DNA of 54,034 bases from Candidatus Aenigmatarchaeota archaeon (GTDB taxonomy: Archaea > Aenigmatarchaeota > Aenigmatarchaeia > QMZP01 > QMZT01): positions 1 through 54,034 of the forward strand of contig JBGPQP010000008.1 of NCBI GenBank assembly GCA_041489155.1. The letters are read 5' to 3'. The translations under genes were made by a program, and so were the position numbers. Shown here one piece after another: positions 36,200-45,917 of this stretch (positions are counted from its first letter, which is position 1; each line of letters opens with the position of its first letter). Below the pieces are notes generated by a model. That model saw only the letters and a list, made by a program, of their open reading frames with translations. It was not told the origin of the DNA and made no database searches.

Positions 36200-36937
36200 A
36201 TGATATACCAGCCGAATCAGCCCAGACTGCTGATTTTAACAAAACCCGTTACAATGAATTATTTTGTAGATGGAGAACCGCTTCTTGAACATCTAAAGAC
36301 ACGTCTAAGCAGGGATGGAGAACTGATAGCAGAAAGGGACTGGGGTTCCCTTCCGGATGCAAAAATCAGGCAGCTTTATGCCGAGCATGACACTCCGGAA
36401 ACCCAGGGAAAATATAACGGCCTCTGCAGCCTTCTTTCCGGCCAGAAAAGCGTGACATTCATATACAGGCCCGGAGAGCAGATGCCAAACGCAAGAACAG
36501 CTGCAAGATGGATCAAAAAAGTAAGAGAACAGGTAATTGGTAAAACAAATCCGCGGGAAGCCATGAAAGGCAGTTTCAGGAGTTTTATTCAGGAAAGCCT
36601 TCCCGGCTACATTTTTGAAGAATGGGATTACGACAACGGCATCCATTGTTCCGCCACTTCAAAAGACGGTCTCAGGGAAGGCGGCATATTCTACCGTGAC
36701 GCCATATTGAAACCGGACGAGGGAAAATTGATCCTGCTGGATTTTGAAAAGATGCCATTCCAGGAGAAATATTTATGGCAGATAGGCACCGCAGTCGGAA
36801 ACGGCATATTCGCTGACGAAAGAGGGCGCGATTTTGTTCAAAGGACACTTAAAGAAAGAGGTCTAAAGCCTTCATCGAAGCAGTGGAAAGAGACCATGAG
36901 CGCCTTTTTGAATGGGCAATTACCCGCTTTTTGCTGA
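36200..36937 (+). CDS. Divergent nucleoside-diphosphate-kinase-like protein with C-terminal extension
   Basis: LILTKP, LYAEH, VREQVIGKTNP...GSFR, DNGIHCS (phospho-His position) and RE..IF. Confidence 0.7.
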   Translation: MIYQPNQPRLLILTKPVTMNYFVDGEPLLEHLKTRLSRDGELIAERDWGSLPDAKIRQLYAEHDTPETQGKYNGLCSLLSGQKSVTFIYRPGEQMPNARTAARWIKKVREQVIGKTNPREAMKGSFRSFIQESLPGYIFEEWDYDNGIHCSATSKDGLREGGIFYRDAILKPDEGKLILLDFEKMPFQEKYLWQIGTAVGNGIFADERGRDFVQRTLKERGLKPSSKQWKETMSAFLNGQLPAFC

Positions 36938-36969
36938 CGTTAGCAGCGCGTTTGAAAAATGAAAAGTTT

Positions 36970-37191
36970 TCAGAGCATTTCATCGAAACCTTCCATTATC
37001 ATGCGCCTGAGTTCAGGGTTCTTCAGGTTCTGTATGGTTTTTATCCTGTAAATCTGGCCTCTTTTCGGGTCCCGCGAGACAGAATCTATTACCCCAATCG
37101 GTGTGCCGCGCACCAGAATCTTGTATGTCCTCTTTTTGTAATTCAAGTATTTTATTGTTTCTCCGCCGTGGGGAATATAAGTCGTGAGCAT
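36970..37191 (-). CDS. Small hypothetical protein (73 aa)
   Basis: ATG ORF co-oriented with and downstream of the OPT gene. Confidence 0.5.
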   Translation of the reverse strand: MLTTYIPHGGETIKYLNYKKRTYKILVRGTPIGVIDSVSRDPKRGQIYRIKTIQNLKNPELRRMIMEGFDEML

Positions 37192-37227
37192 GTTTCCGTT
37201 AAATAGAAATTGCCAAGTTTTAAATCG

Positions 37228-38844
37228 CTATATTACGCCGAACATGCCCAGCAGAGCGAGCACGACTCCCAGGAAGCCCTCGCCGCCGATGAGACCCGCT
37301 GCGATGAGCTGCCCCTTTTCCGTCCAGCCCTTTCTGTTTGCGCAATATCTTATGACACCGCCCGCGAAAAGCGGGAATGACAATTCGATAGGCGCGTAGA
37401 GCCCGATGCCGAAGGCGATGGGTGCGATGCCCTGTTTGAAGTAAAGCGAAAGCAGCGTGAGCACGCCGCCGATGACTGCGCCCCAGGCAAGATATTGCGA
37501 AATCCCGCCTGCAGAGACAATCCCGGCCAAGGCAACGGCCTGCGGAGCAGGGAGATCTATGCTGCCTATCCTGTACATGTTGTCCAGCGCGAGCAGCACG
37601 ACGCCGAGAATAATGCCCGACGAGAAGACGCTGATTATCTGCGCTTTGATCTGATCGCGCGGCTTAGTGCCGACCAGATGCCCTGCCTTAAGGTCCTGCA
37701 TGAAGTCGCCCGCCATGCCCGCGGAGATGCACAGTATCGCTGCCAGCACGACCGCGACGATTGGATCGAGCTGCACGAACAGGAGGACGATTATCAGGAT
37801 GGCCATCGCGAAGACTTCCATGGGATCGATGTTTATTTCGCCTGTGATGCGCGCGGCGATGTAGCTCACTAGGAAAGCGCCCAGAATCGAGACTATGGCG
37901 ATGATGAAATTAAGCCTCAGGGCAATGCTGAGCAGGGCGACGAAAACCATGAGAATTATGAACCACCATTTGCCGCGCTTCTCGGACTTCCACGCGCCTT
38001 TCATCATCGGCACGAAGGCCGGAAGGCCCTTCACAAGGAAGTATACTATGCTCGCCCCTATTATCACCCCGATGCCGAAAGGCTTCGTCACGGTTGTCAT
38101 GGCCACGAACTTGTCGGCGAACAGGCCGTAGGAAACAAGCGCGGGGACTATCGCTAAATACGAGACCAGCGCGCCAGCGAACCATATCGCCGTGAATTTG
38201 AGGCCTATCAGGAAGCCGCCTGAGAAGGTTACGAGCGTAATGCCCGAACCGAATGAAAACAATCTCGCCGCCGAAAGCTTCAGCGAATCGAGGTTGAAGA
38301 AAGAAGGGAAGGCCCTGAAATAATCGCGCGCTATCGCGAAAAGCCCGCCGAGGCCGAAGAACGCGAACATGATTTTTGCTTTCCTGCCTCCCTCGTCCCC
38401 GGCTTCCAGCACTTTCCCCGTCGCCGTCCCGTCAGGATAAGGCAGCTTGAGCCTTTCGATCATCTCCTCGCGCAGCGGAATCGTGAAAAGCACGCCGAGC
38501 AGTCCGCCGGTGATGGCAATGAAGGTGACATCCACGACTGAAATCTGAAGGCCCAGCAGCCATATCGCGGGGACCGTGAAGATTATGCCGGCCGCCAGCA
38601 GGCCTCCTGTCGAAGCGGCGGTGGCAGCAACGTTCACTTCGTTCTTGTTGGTTTTGCCGCCACCGAGAATTTTCAGCAGCGCGAAGGACATTATGGTCGC
38701 GGTGATTATCGGCCAGTAAACCCCGCCGGCTTTAAGGCCCGCGTAAGCGGAGTACATGCAGACGACCATCGAAAGAATGACGCCTACGATAACAGCCCTG
38801 AGCGTGAAGGCGCTCTGTTTTTCGCCGTTCACGCTACGTTTCAT
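37228..38844 (-). CDS. OPT family oligopeptide transporter
   Basis: FTLRAVIVG, YAGLKAG, LPYPDGTA, MQDLKAGHLVG, LPAPQA, AAGLIGGEG. Confidence 0.92.
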   Translation of the reverse strand: MKRSVNGEKQSAFTLRAVIVGVILSMVVCMYSAYAGLKAGGVYWPIITATIMSFALLKILGGGKTNKNEVNVAATAASTGGLLAAGIIFTVPAIWLLGLQISVVDVTFIAITGGLLGVLFTIPLREEMIERLKLPYPDGTATGKVLEAGDEGGRKAKIMFAFFGLGGLFAIARDYFRAFPSFFNLDSLKLSAARLFSFGSGITLVTFSGGFLIGLKFTAIWFAGALVSYLAIVPALVSYGLFADKFVAMTTVTKPFGIGVIIGASIVYFLVKGLPAFVPMMKGAWKSEKRGKWWFIILMVFVALLSIALRLNFIIAIVSILGAFLVSYIAARITGEINIDPMEVFAMAILIIVLLFVQLDPIVAVVLAAILCISAGMAGDFMQDLKAGHLVGTKPRDQIKAQIISVFSSGIILGVVLLALDNMYRIGSIDLPAPQAVALAGIVSAGGISQYLAWGAVIGGVLTLLSLYFKQGIAPIAFGIGLYAPIELSFPLFAGGVIRYCANRKGWTEKGQLIAAGLIGGEGFLGVVLALLGMFGVI

Positions 38845-39149
38845 AAAAAACCATTTACACGTGGTGGTTTATATAACAGCGCCACGCTTTTACGTGTTTT
38901 GTCGAAAATTTTGTTTAGCATATGCGATTTAACGAAGTCCCGGGTCAAAATTATTTTCTGAAAAACTTATGCCAAATCAGGAATAGAAGAAAAATTACCA
39001 CAACAATAATGCCGGCGGCCATAACGAGAGTGATTGCCATAATAATTATTGAATCGATGTTTGATTTAAATTCACTGAAGAGTTCTGGTCAGATTTTAAT
39101 CACTAATTTTGATCGCTGGTTTATAATAAATAAAAATAAATATTAATTT

Positions 39150-40802
39150 ATGAGACTCGCATATGGAGTGTTCATTCTGATTCTTTCAGCCATCGTCATT
39201 CTTCCCAAGCCCGCTCTTGCGCAAAATGCAACCACACTGCAGGTTTCTGCCCCTTCTTCTGTGAAGATGGATGATAGTTTTACGGTGGCCGCGTATTACG
39301 CCAGCAACGGGACCAACGTCTGCGGAGCGACCTGCGAAGTCAAGGGAGGATGGCTGACCTCGACGATATATCTCGGCGAGGGCTCCGGCTGTATTTATGA
39401 GAATGACATATCCGCTTACGGAACGCCCGAGAGCTACTCACTTTCTGTCAATTGTTATAAGCAATTCTACGACTCCCAGACCAAATATTTCAACATCGAG
39501 ATAACGAGTAAGTCTTCTTCCCTTCACTTCTCGCTGAACCCGCCCTCCCCGTACCCGGGCGATTCGGTGACGGTTTACGCCTACTATCGCGATGAGGGCG
39601 GCTCCCTGATCGGGGGCGCTTCCTGCACGGCAGACCTCAAAATGGGCGGCGTTGAATACCAGAGAATAACCATGGTCCCTTCCGACAGCACTTATTATTC
39701 TGGCACTTTCAAGGTCCCGAACCAGTACGGGACGTACGATGTCAGCGTCACGTGCATCTCCAGCGAATATGCCGCGGCATCGTCCGCAAAAAGTTTCGCC
39801 ACAGCCAAGAAGCGCGCATCCCTCTCCGTATCGGTTCCGCCATCCGGCTATTACGGAGAAGCCGTCAAGGTTACGGCCTATTACAAAGATGCGCAGGAAG
39901 GGAAAAAAATTCCGGGCACATGCAGAACTTCCTTCGAAGGCAGCACTTCAGTTCTGAACTCAGTGGATTCAAGCTACGAGGGCTTTGTCAACATACCGTA
40001 TAAGGCCGGGACAACCACCGTGAAGGTTACCTGCGAATCCAGCGAATACGAGACGCTCGAAGCCTCCAAAGCCATTTCTGCCGCAAACAGGCCCACAGGA
40101 ATCGAAGCGGTTTCGCCATCGCAATACACGAACGCGGTCTTTTACCCGACGGATGAAATCCAGATGAAAATCTCCTACAGCGACTTGCTTTCGAGCCAGC
40201 CAGTTGCCGGCGCCATCTGCGTAGCAGAGGCGGGAGGAAAAACTTACCCGCTGGCGGGGTCGGGGAAATACTATGAAGGCAGGCTGAGCAGCCAGCCGCT
40301 AGGCCAGCAGACGGTCAAGTTCAAGTGCTCCAAGACGTTTTACGAAAGCAAGGAAGGGAGCATCGGGATAAGCGTGAACAGGATACCGATAGATATCATA
40401 CTCGTCTCCCCCAAAAAAGAATTCCGCAAAGGGGAAGCAATAACAATCATTGCCAGGGTCGTGGACAAGGACAACAAGGATGCGAATGCCTCCTGCAGGA
40501 TCCGCGCCGACGTCTACGACCTCTCGTTCAACAAGCTCATAGAATCCCGTAACATTGAGGAGACGATGACCGGCGACGGCTTCAGGACCCTGAACATCCC
40601 TAACCCCGGCAGCCCGTCGAGGATAAGGGTTACCATGACGTGCTCCGGCGACATCTTCGAGGAAAAAAGCGTTTACACGGATGTTAAAATAGAGATGCTT
40701 GGCAAACAGACTGAAGAGGGCATGACGCTGTTCCTTGCCATAACGACAGTTTTACTGCTGGCCCTCACGTTTTTAATTAGAAAGAAACTAAAAATTATAT
40801 GA
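39150..40802 (+). CDS. Membrane-anchored multi-Ig-like surface protein
   Basis: Signal peptide, about five ~100-aa beta-rich repeats with paired Cys (GAxC...VxCx..xY), C-terminal TM followed by RKK. Confidence 0.8.
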   Translation: MRLAYGVFILILSAIVILPKPALAQNATTLQVSAPSSVKMDDSFTVAAYYASNGTNVCGATCEVKGGWLTSTIYLGEGSGCIYENDISAYGTPESYSLSVNCYKQFYDSQTKYFNIEITSKSSSLHFSLNPPSPYPGDSVTVYAYYRDEGGSLIGGASCTADLKMGGVEYQRITMVPSDSTYYSGTFKVPNQYGTYDVSVTCISSEYAAASSAKSFATAKKRASLSVSVPPSGYYGEAVKVTAYYKDAQEGKKIPGTCRTSFEGSTSVLNSVDSSYEGFVNIPYKAGTTTVKVTCESSEYETLEASKAISAANRPTGIEAVSPSQYTNAVFYPTDEIQMKISYSDLLSSQPVAGAICVAEAGGKTYPLAGSGKYYEGRLSSQPLGQQTVKFKCSKTFYESKEGSIGISVNRIPIDIILVSPKKEFRKGEAITIIARVVDKDNKDANASCRIRADVYDLSFNKLIESRNIEETMTGDGFRTLNIPNPGSPSRIRVTMTCSGDIFEEKSVYTDVKIEMLGKQTEEGMTLFLAITTVLLLALTFLIRKKLKII

Positions 40803-41236
40803 TGATTGACTTTTTGCTGACCCTTCTAAGCGAAAGCCCGCTGCTTTTCGTGGTACTCGTAATAAACCTCGCAATACTGGCTTATATCATTTTCAGAATA
40901 TCGCTTTACGTGATCCATAAAAAGAGTCCCGGCCATGTTCTTTCCCGTTTCATATGGAAAATTAAGCTGAAAAAGGGAAAGGAAGATATGAAGACTTTGG
41001 AGGAAGTTTATGCCTTTGTAATGGAAGACATGAAGAAGGAAGGGCTGGTCGACGATGATGATAAACCAGGCTTCAGGTCCCGCAAAAAGGTTATCGAGAA
41101 CATGCCGGAAGGCGGGAAGAGGGATATACTCAAAAGCTTGTTCGACCTTTACGAGGCGAAAGTTTACGGGAACAGGAGGATAAAGGATGAGGAAAACGTT
41201 GTGGCTGATTTCCTTGGCAATTATTCTAAGCTTTAG
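40799..41236 (+). CDS. Single-TM protein, possibly DUF4129-like
   Basis: N-terminal TM; LFDLYEAKVYG motif resembles DUF4129; lies in a MoxR/DUF58 operon. Confidence 0.6.
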   Translation: MMIDFLLTLLSESPLLFVVLVINLAILAYIIFRISLYVIHKKSPGHVLSRFIWKIKLKKGKEDMKTLEEVYAFVMEDMKKEGLVDDDDKPGFRSRKKVIENMPEGGKRDILKSLFDLYEAKVYGNRRIKDEENVVADFLGNYSKL

Positions 41237-42500
41237 CATATGGCCTGCCGATGCAGTCGAGTCCGTTGGATCCGAGTTCAATGTTATATACCCCTTCATG
41301 AATGCGGCCAGCGAGACCCTGGTGTTCAACCCCCTTTTCCAGCAGTCTTTTCTGGATTTTCTGAAGAACAATTCGGTTCAGGCCGTACTTGACAAGGACG
41401 GGCTTCCTCTGATATACTTTTCGGATGAGCCGCGTTTTGGATGCGAGGGCTTCTGTCCGAGCATCAGCATGAACAACTACACGTTCGGCTCGAAAGCCCT
41501 TAATGCTTCCGGGCTTGCCAATATGCAGATTACGGAGGAGTCCATGGTCGTCGGCAACGAGGGTATAGAGCATTCGATCGACACGATGAATGCAATCAGG
41601 TCAGAGTTGAGCGGCAATCCCCAGGCCCTTGCTGATTTCGAAAAATACCTCCTCGAGCAGCAGGAAGGCCCGCTGAGGGGAACGTATTACGATGAACGGT
41701 ACAAGGACGTGTGGGATTACGCCGTCAGCAATATCGAAAAGGACCCGGGTCTTTACAATTCCATTCTGAACGACCTCAGGATGAACGACATCGGGGATGC
41801 GGCAGGCAGGCTGGACGATTACCTGCAGAACAATTTCGACATCAACGGCGCCTTCGACCTGGAGAGCATGTACTCCGCCATCGAAAACGGCCAGATTGGC
41901 GACATGCAGACGGAGGAATTCATGCGCAACGTCCTCGAAAGAATCGCCGAAACGGAGAACCTGGATAACATAAAAAACGCCCTCGACAACATCGACATGA
42001 AGAAGTTCTCCGACCTGCTAAAAAGGGACGAGTTCGGGGAGATGATGAAGAAGACGGGCGAGATGATGCAGAACAACCCTGAGATGTTCGACAAGCTCGG
42101 GGACCTCGCCAAGGAAATGCTCGAGAGGCCGGAAACGAGAGACGTCTTTAAAGAGGCCCTGAAGGAGGCAATGAAGAACGCCGATGCGGAGGCCATAAAG
42201 AACCTCATGGACGCGTTTTCGAAAATGGAGAACAAAGAGGAGCTCATGAAAACGCTCATGGAAGGCGTGGGGGAGTACATGAGGGAAATGGTCGAGAGCG
42301 GGCGGATGGAAGAGATGATGAAGCAGATGGACGACCCCGCCATGAAGGACATGATGGCAGAGGCCGCCCAGGCGTTTTCGCAGAGCATGCTCGAAAGCAT
42401 GGGAGACTGGATAAAGCAAATACCGATAGAGTTTTCATACATCGTGGCGCTCATTGCAATAGTCGTGACTCTGCTGATATTGCTTAGGTTGAAGCTGTGA
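41187..42500 (+). CDS. Secreted, TM-anchored Met/acid-rich helical protein
   Basis: Signal peptide, long M/E/D/K-rich helical region, C-terminal TM. Confidence 0.75.
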   Translation: MRKTLWLISLAIILSFSIWPADAVESVGSEFNVIYPFMNAASETLVFNPLFQQSFLDFLKNNSVQAVLDKDGLPLIYFSDEPRFGCEGFCPSISMNNYTFGSKALNASGLANMQITEESMVVGNEGIEHSIDTMNAIRSELSGNPQALADFEKYLLEQQEGPLRGTYYDERYKDVWDYAVSNIEKDPGLYNSILNDLRMNDIGDAAGRLDDYLQNNFDINGAFDLESMYSAIENGQIGDMQTEEFMRNVLERIAETENLDNIKNALDNIDMKKFSDLLKRDEFGEMMKKTGEMMQNNPEMFDKLGDLAKEMLERPETRDVFKEALKEAMKNADAEAIKNLMDAFSKMENKEELMKTLMEGVGEYMREMVESGRMEEMMKQMDDPAMKDMMAEAAQAFSQSMLESMGDWIKQIPIEFSYIVALIAIVVTLLILLRLKL

Positions 42501-42512
42501 GGTTGGTGTGTT

Positions 42513-43448
42513 ATGGCATCTAGTCTGACGAAAAAATATGATGATTACCAGAATCTCATTTCAAGCAGGCTCGTGGGCTTCGAGAGGATTGCCGAATGCC
42601 TTCTGGTCGCCCTCATTGTCAAGGGGCACGTCCTTCTCGAGGGCCCGCCGGGGGTTGCGAAGACCATGCTCGCCAAGACCTTCGCTTCCCTCGTGGATGC
42701 GAAATTTAAGAGGATACAGTTCACTCCCGACCTGCTGCCCACGGACATATTAGGGACTGTCATCTACGACCCCACCGCAAAGCGCTTCAGCACGAGACTA
42801 GGTCCTATTTTCACAAACATCCTGCTGGCGGACGAGATCAACCGCGCGTCTCCCAAGACGCAGGCAGCGCTTCTCGAGGCCATGGAAGAGAGGCAGGTGA
42901 CAATCGAAGGCAACACGTACCCCATCGAGGAGCCGTTCATGGTGATAGCCACGGAGAATCCTGTTGAGCAGGAAGGGACATATCCCCTTCCGGAAGCGCA
43001 GCTCGACAGGTTCCTCTTCAAGATAAACGTGGAATACCCGTCCGAGGAGGATGAGGTCAAGGTGCTGCAAACCAAGTTCTCGGCCGATGCATGCAAGAAG
43101 CTGCCCCAGATCTTCACGAAAAGCGAGTGCATGAATCTGAACAAGCAGCTGGAGGACGTGTTCGCATCGGAGCATATCATACGCTTCGTGTCGGCGATGA
43201 CCAACTCGCTGAGGAAGAATCCCAGCATTGCATGGGGCCCGAGCCCGAGGGCGAGCATCTCATGCATAAACGTCGGCAAGGCGCTGGCAATGCTTTCTGA
43301 GAGGGGGTATATAGTGCCCGATGACGTCGTCGCCTACAGCGACTGGATTGTCAGCCACAGGATCGGCCTCGGCCCGGAATACGAGCTCGAAGGCGTGACG
43401 AACAGCGAGATTGTCAAGAAGACCCTTGAAACTATTGATACTATTTAG
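42513..43448 (+). CDS. moxR: MoxR family AAA+ ATPase
   Basis: GHVLLEGPPGVAKT, RIQFTPDLLPTD, LLADEINRASPKTQAALLEAMEE, EGTYPLPEAQLDRF, SPRA. Confidence 0.95.
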   Translation: MASSLTKKYDDYQNLISSRLVGFERIAECLLVALIVKGHVLLEGPPGVAKTMLAKTFASLVDAKFKRIQFTPDLLPTDILGTVIYDPTAKRFSTRLGPIFTNILLADEINRASPKTQAALLEAMEERQVTIEGNTYPIEEPFMVIATENPVEQEGTYPLPEAQLDRFLFKINVEYPSEEDEVKVLQTKFSADACKKLPQIFTKSECMNLNKQLEDVFASEHIIRFVSAMTNSLRKNPSIAWGPSPRASISCINVGKALAMLSERGYIVPDDVVAYSDWIVSHRIGLGPEYELEGVTNSEIVKKTLETIDTI

Positions 43449-43469
43449 ATCCTGCTTCCGCGCTCCGGC

Positions 43470-45293
43470 ATGAACTTAGAAAGGTTTGTTATGAGAAAGA
43501 TGATTATCGACAAGATTATAAGGAGGACTGGGTGGGGGCTGGGTTTCGTTTTCCTGTCGTACGTCGTCGTCCTTCTTGGCCTGAAAGAGCTCATGCTGAA
43601 CCTGAGGTTCGGATACGCTCCTCTCGATTTCATGTACGTCCTCGCCGTGGCCTTCATCCCGGGCCTGATCGCGGGAATAGGGTACGGCATCCTCATTTCA
43701 GTGGCCTTCCTCCTGCTCAGGTATATGGTGCTGCCGGTCCACAGGGTGGAAAGGCATTACATGGGCATAAAGGGCGGCAGCCTGAAGAAGTATCTTTTCA
43801 TCCTGGCCATCATCGTCGTGCTGCTTTTCGCAGTCCCCTATTTCATGAGGGACACGGCAACAATCGGTTATTCCCTGTCAGGAATTGACCAGTCAAGCCT
43901 ACAGGCCGGTTCAGCCATCTACGGTATCGGAGGATATGCCGGCGCGGTTTTGGGGCCCTTGGCGAGCGTACTTGTACTTTTCCTCAACCTGATGCTCATA
44001 AAGCCGTTTTTCCTTTTCTATTCCGTCAGGCCGGACGCTCTGATCGCTGCTCTCTTCATGGCGGCCCTATTTTACCATAGCGTGATGGTCAGTTTCGCCA
44101 AGAAGCACGTCAGTATAGAGCGGCGCGCCTCGAAGCACCTCTGCCAGGAAGGCGAGGAGGTAATGATCCGCACCACGCTCCGCTCTCCGTTCCCGGCCCC
44201 GAACATCTCCCTCCCCCGCTGCAGCATAGCAAGCGGGAAAGTGAAAGAAAGGAAAAATAAATCCAGGAACAACCTTTCTTTGACAACGCTAGAGAACAAT
44301 GAGACCATTTCGCTAAAGGAGGGTTATTACAATTTCGACATAGTCCCGATAAAGATTTTCACGTTCCCCCTTTTCCACACGAGGATATACAGGGTATGCG
44401 ATATGAATGCCGACGTCTCGGTCGTTCCCAGGCTTCATTTCAAGACGAGGGTGCTCATCCATAAGCCCAGCGTCGCGAGGGAGTCCGCCTCCCTGATAAA
44501 AAAACAGCTCGGCTCGAGCATGGATTTCGCGGGGATGCGCGAATACTGCCATGACGACCCGATCAGCAGGATATGGTGGAAAGGCCTGGCGAAATACGAC
44601 AAGCTCCTTGTCAAGGAGTTCCATTCCTTCGGGGAGGACAGGTGGATGCTCGTGCTGGATTTCACGAATCCCGACCTTGATGATGAAGGGGTGAAGGGAA
44701 TGCTGAGGTTCGCAAGGCTATTCATAGAGTTGTGCACGAGAAAGGACATAGCCATTGGCCTCTCCGCATTCTCCCCGACCTTCCATTATGTCGATTACAA
44801 CATCAACAAGAAGAACCTGCTCTCATCCCTAACGAGGGTCACGTCCCCACTCTACGAGATATCCCCGCGGGGGATAGAGCTGATAATGCAGGACGCGCTT
44901 GGCCCTGATTTCGAGCGTCTTAAGATCAAGTGCAGGAAGAAGAGCATGACGCTCTCCATGGTGTATTCATATTCGGGCCTCGGGAAGCAGAAGACCTTCT
45001 TCTCGTGGAAGGGCGAGAATACGTTCAACGAGTCCATGAAAAGATTCTTCGTGGACATGAGGAAAAGCGGCAAGATAGTCCTCATCACCGACGGCCATCC
45101 GAGAAACCTCGGCATGTTCAGGAAGTTCAAGGCCATCTGCGTGAACCGCCATTACAATTACCTGTTCGTCCTCACGCAATCGCGCGGGGACATGCTGGAG
45201 CAGATGAAAATGGCCAAGATAAAAACCATATTCGCTCCATACGACCAGCTCACACAACCTGCGTTTGTCATGAAGCTGGCCAGCCTGGTGTAA
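43470..45293 (+). CDS. Multi-TM DUF58 / VWA-like protein
   Basis: About five N-terminal TMs; GSSMDFAGMREY..DD...IWWK..AK...LLVKEF; VLD and LITDG motifs. Confidence 0.85.
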   Translation: MNLERFVMRKMIIDKIIRRTGWGLGFVFLSYVVVLLGLKELMLNLRFGYAPLDFMYVLAVAFIPGLIAGIGYGILISVAFLLLRYMVLPVHRVERHYMGIKGGSLKKYLFILAIIVVLLFAVPYFMRDTATIGYSLSGIDQSSLQAGSAIYGIGGYAGAVLGPLASVLVLFLNLMLIKPFFLFYSVRPDALIAALFMAALFYHSVMVSFAKKHVSIERRASKHLCQEGEEVMIRTTLRSPFPAPNISLPRCSIASGKVKERKNKSRNNLSLTTLENNETISLKEGYYNFDIVPIKIFTFPLFHTRIYRVCDMNADVSVVPRLHFKTRVLIHKPSVARESASLIKKQLGSSMDFAGMREYCHDDPISRIWWKGLAKYDKLLVKEFHSFGEDRWMLVLDFTNPDLDDEGVKGMLRFARLFIELCTRKDIAIGLSAFSPTFHYVDYNINKKNLLSSLTRVTSPLYEISPRGIELIMQDALGPDFERLKIKCRKKSMTLSMVYSYSGLGKQKTFFSWKGENTFNESMKRFFVDMRKSGKIVLITDGHPRNLGMFRKFKAICVNRHYNYLFVLTQSRGDMLEQMKMAKIKTIFAPYDQLTQPAFVMKLASLV

Positions 45294-45347
45294 AGTTTGA
45301 AGAAATTTGCGAGGTAAGAAGAATTAAGGGTATAAAGAGGTAAAAGA

Positions 45348-45539
45348 ATGTCACGCGTTGTGCATCTGCTCAGACTCTATGCGCAGTTCCTGTCAATCCT
45401 TTTGATAGCCGTCGCTTTCGCGTACGTCCTGAGCGCCGTTTTCTCGATTGACGCAACAGAAACCAGAATAATGTTCACATCGCTTTTTCTCGCAGCCTTT
45501 GCCGTCGGCATAATGGCAATAGAGAAGATAATGAAATGA
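45348..45539 (+). CDS. Small 2-TM membrane protein
   Basis: 63 aa, two hydrophobic helices, GAGGT upstream. Confidence 0.6.
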   Translation: MSRVVHLLRLYAQFLSILLIAVAFAYVLSAVFSIDATETRIMFTSLFLAAFAVGIMAIEKIMK

Positions 45540-45689
45540 ATGTCACTTGTTCCGCTTTCGGAATAAACAGATGTAACCTTTACGCGCTTGTCGAATTCTT
45601 TCTTGGTTTGAATTTACATAAAGTGGGATACCTTGGATAAGAGGTTATAGAAGTATTTTATTAAACTTACTACCAAATATTATTTTATT

Positions 45690-45917
45690 ATGGTGATGAA
45701 AAAGCAAATAGCTCCGCTTCTTCTTGCCGTCCTGTGCGTTTTACTTTCGGTTTTGCCGGCCGCGGCAGCGAACGGCTCCCCCTTTAAAATCCAAAAGACA
45801 TGGTCATGCAGCGACGGCTTCTTCTGTTCGAGCGAAACGCTCGGCATATGCAGCCCGCCACCACCACCTCCTGCCTGCAACAATGATGGCATTTCTGATG
45901 AGGACTGTGCACCATGA
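45690..45917 (+). CDS. Small secreted Cys/Pro-rich protein, possibly a gene remnant
   Basis: Signal peptide; KIQKTWSCSDGFFCSSETLGICSP motif shared with the next gene; ATGA overlap. Confidence 0.55.
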   Translation: MVMKKQIAPLLLAVLCVLLSVLPAAAANGSPFKIQKTWSCSDGFFCSSETLGICSPPPPPPACNNDGISDEDCAP

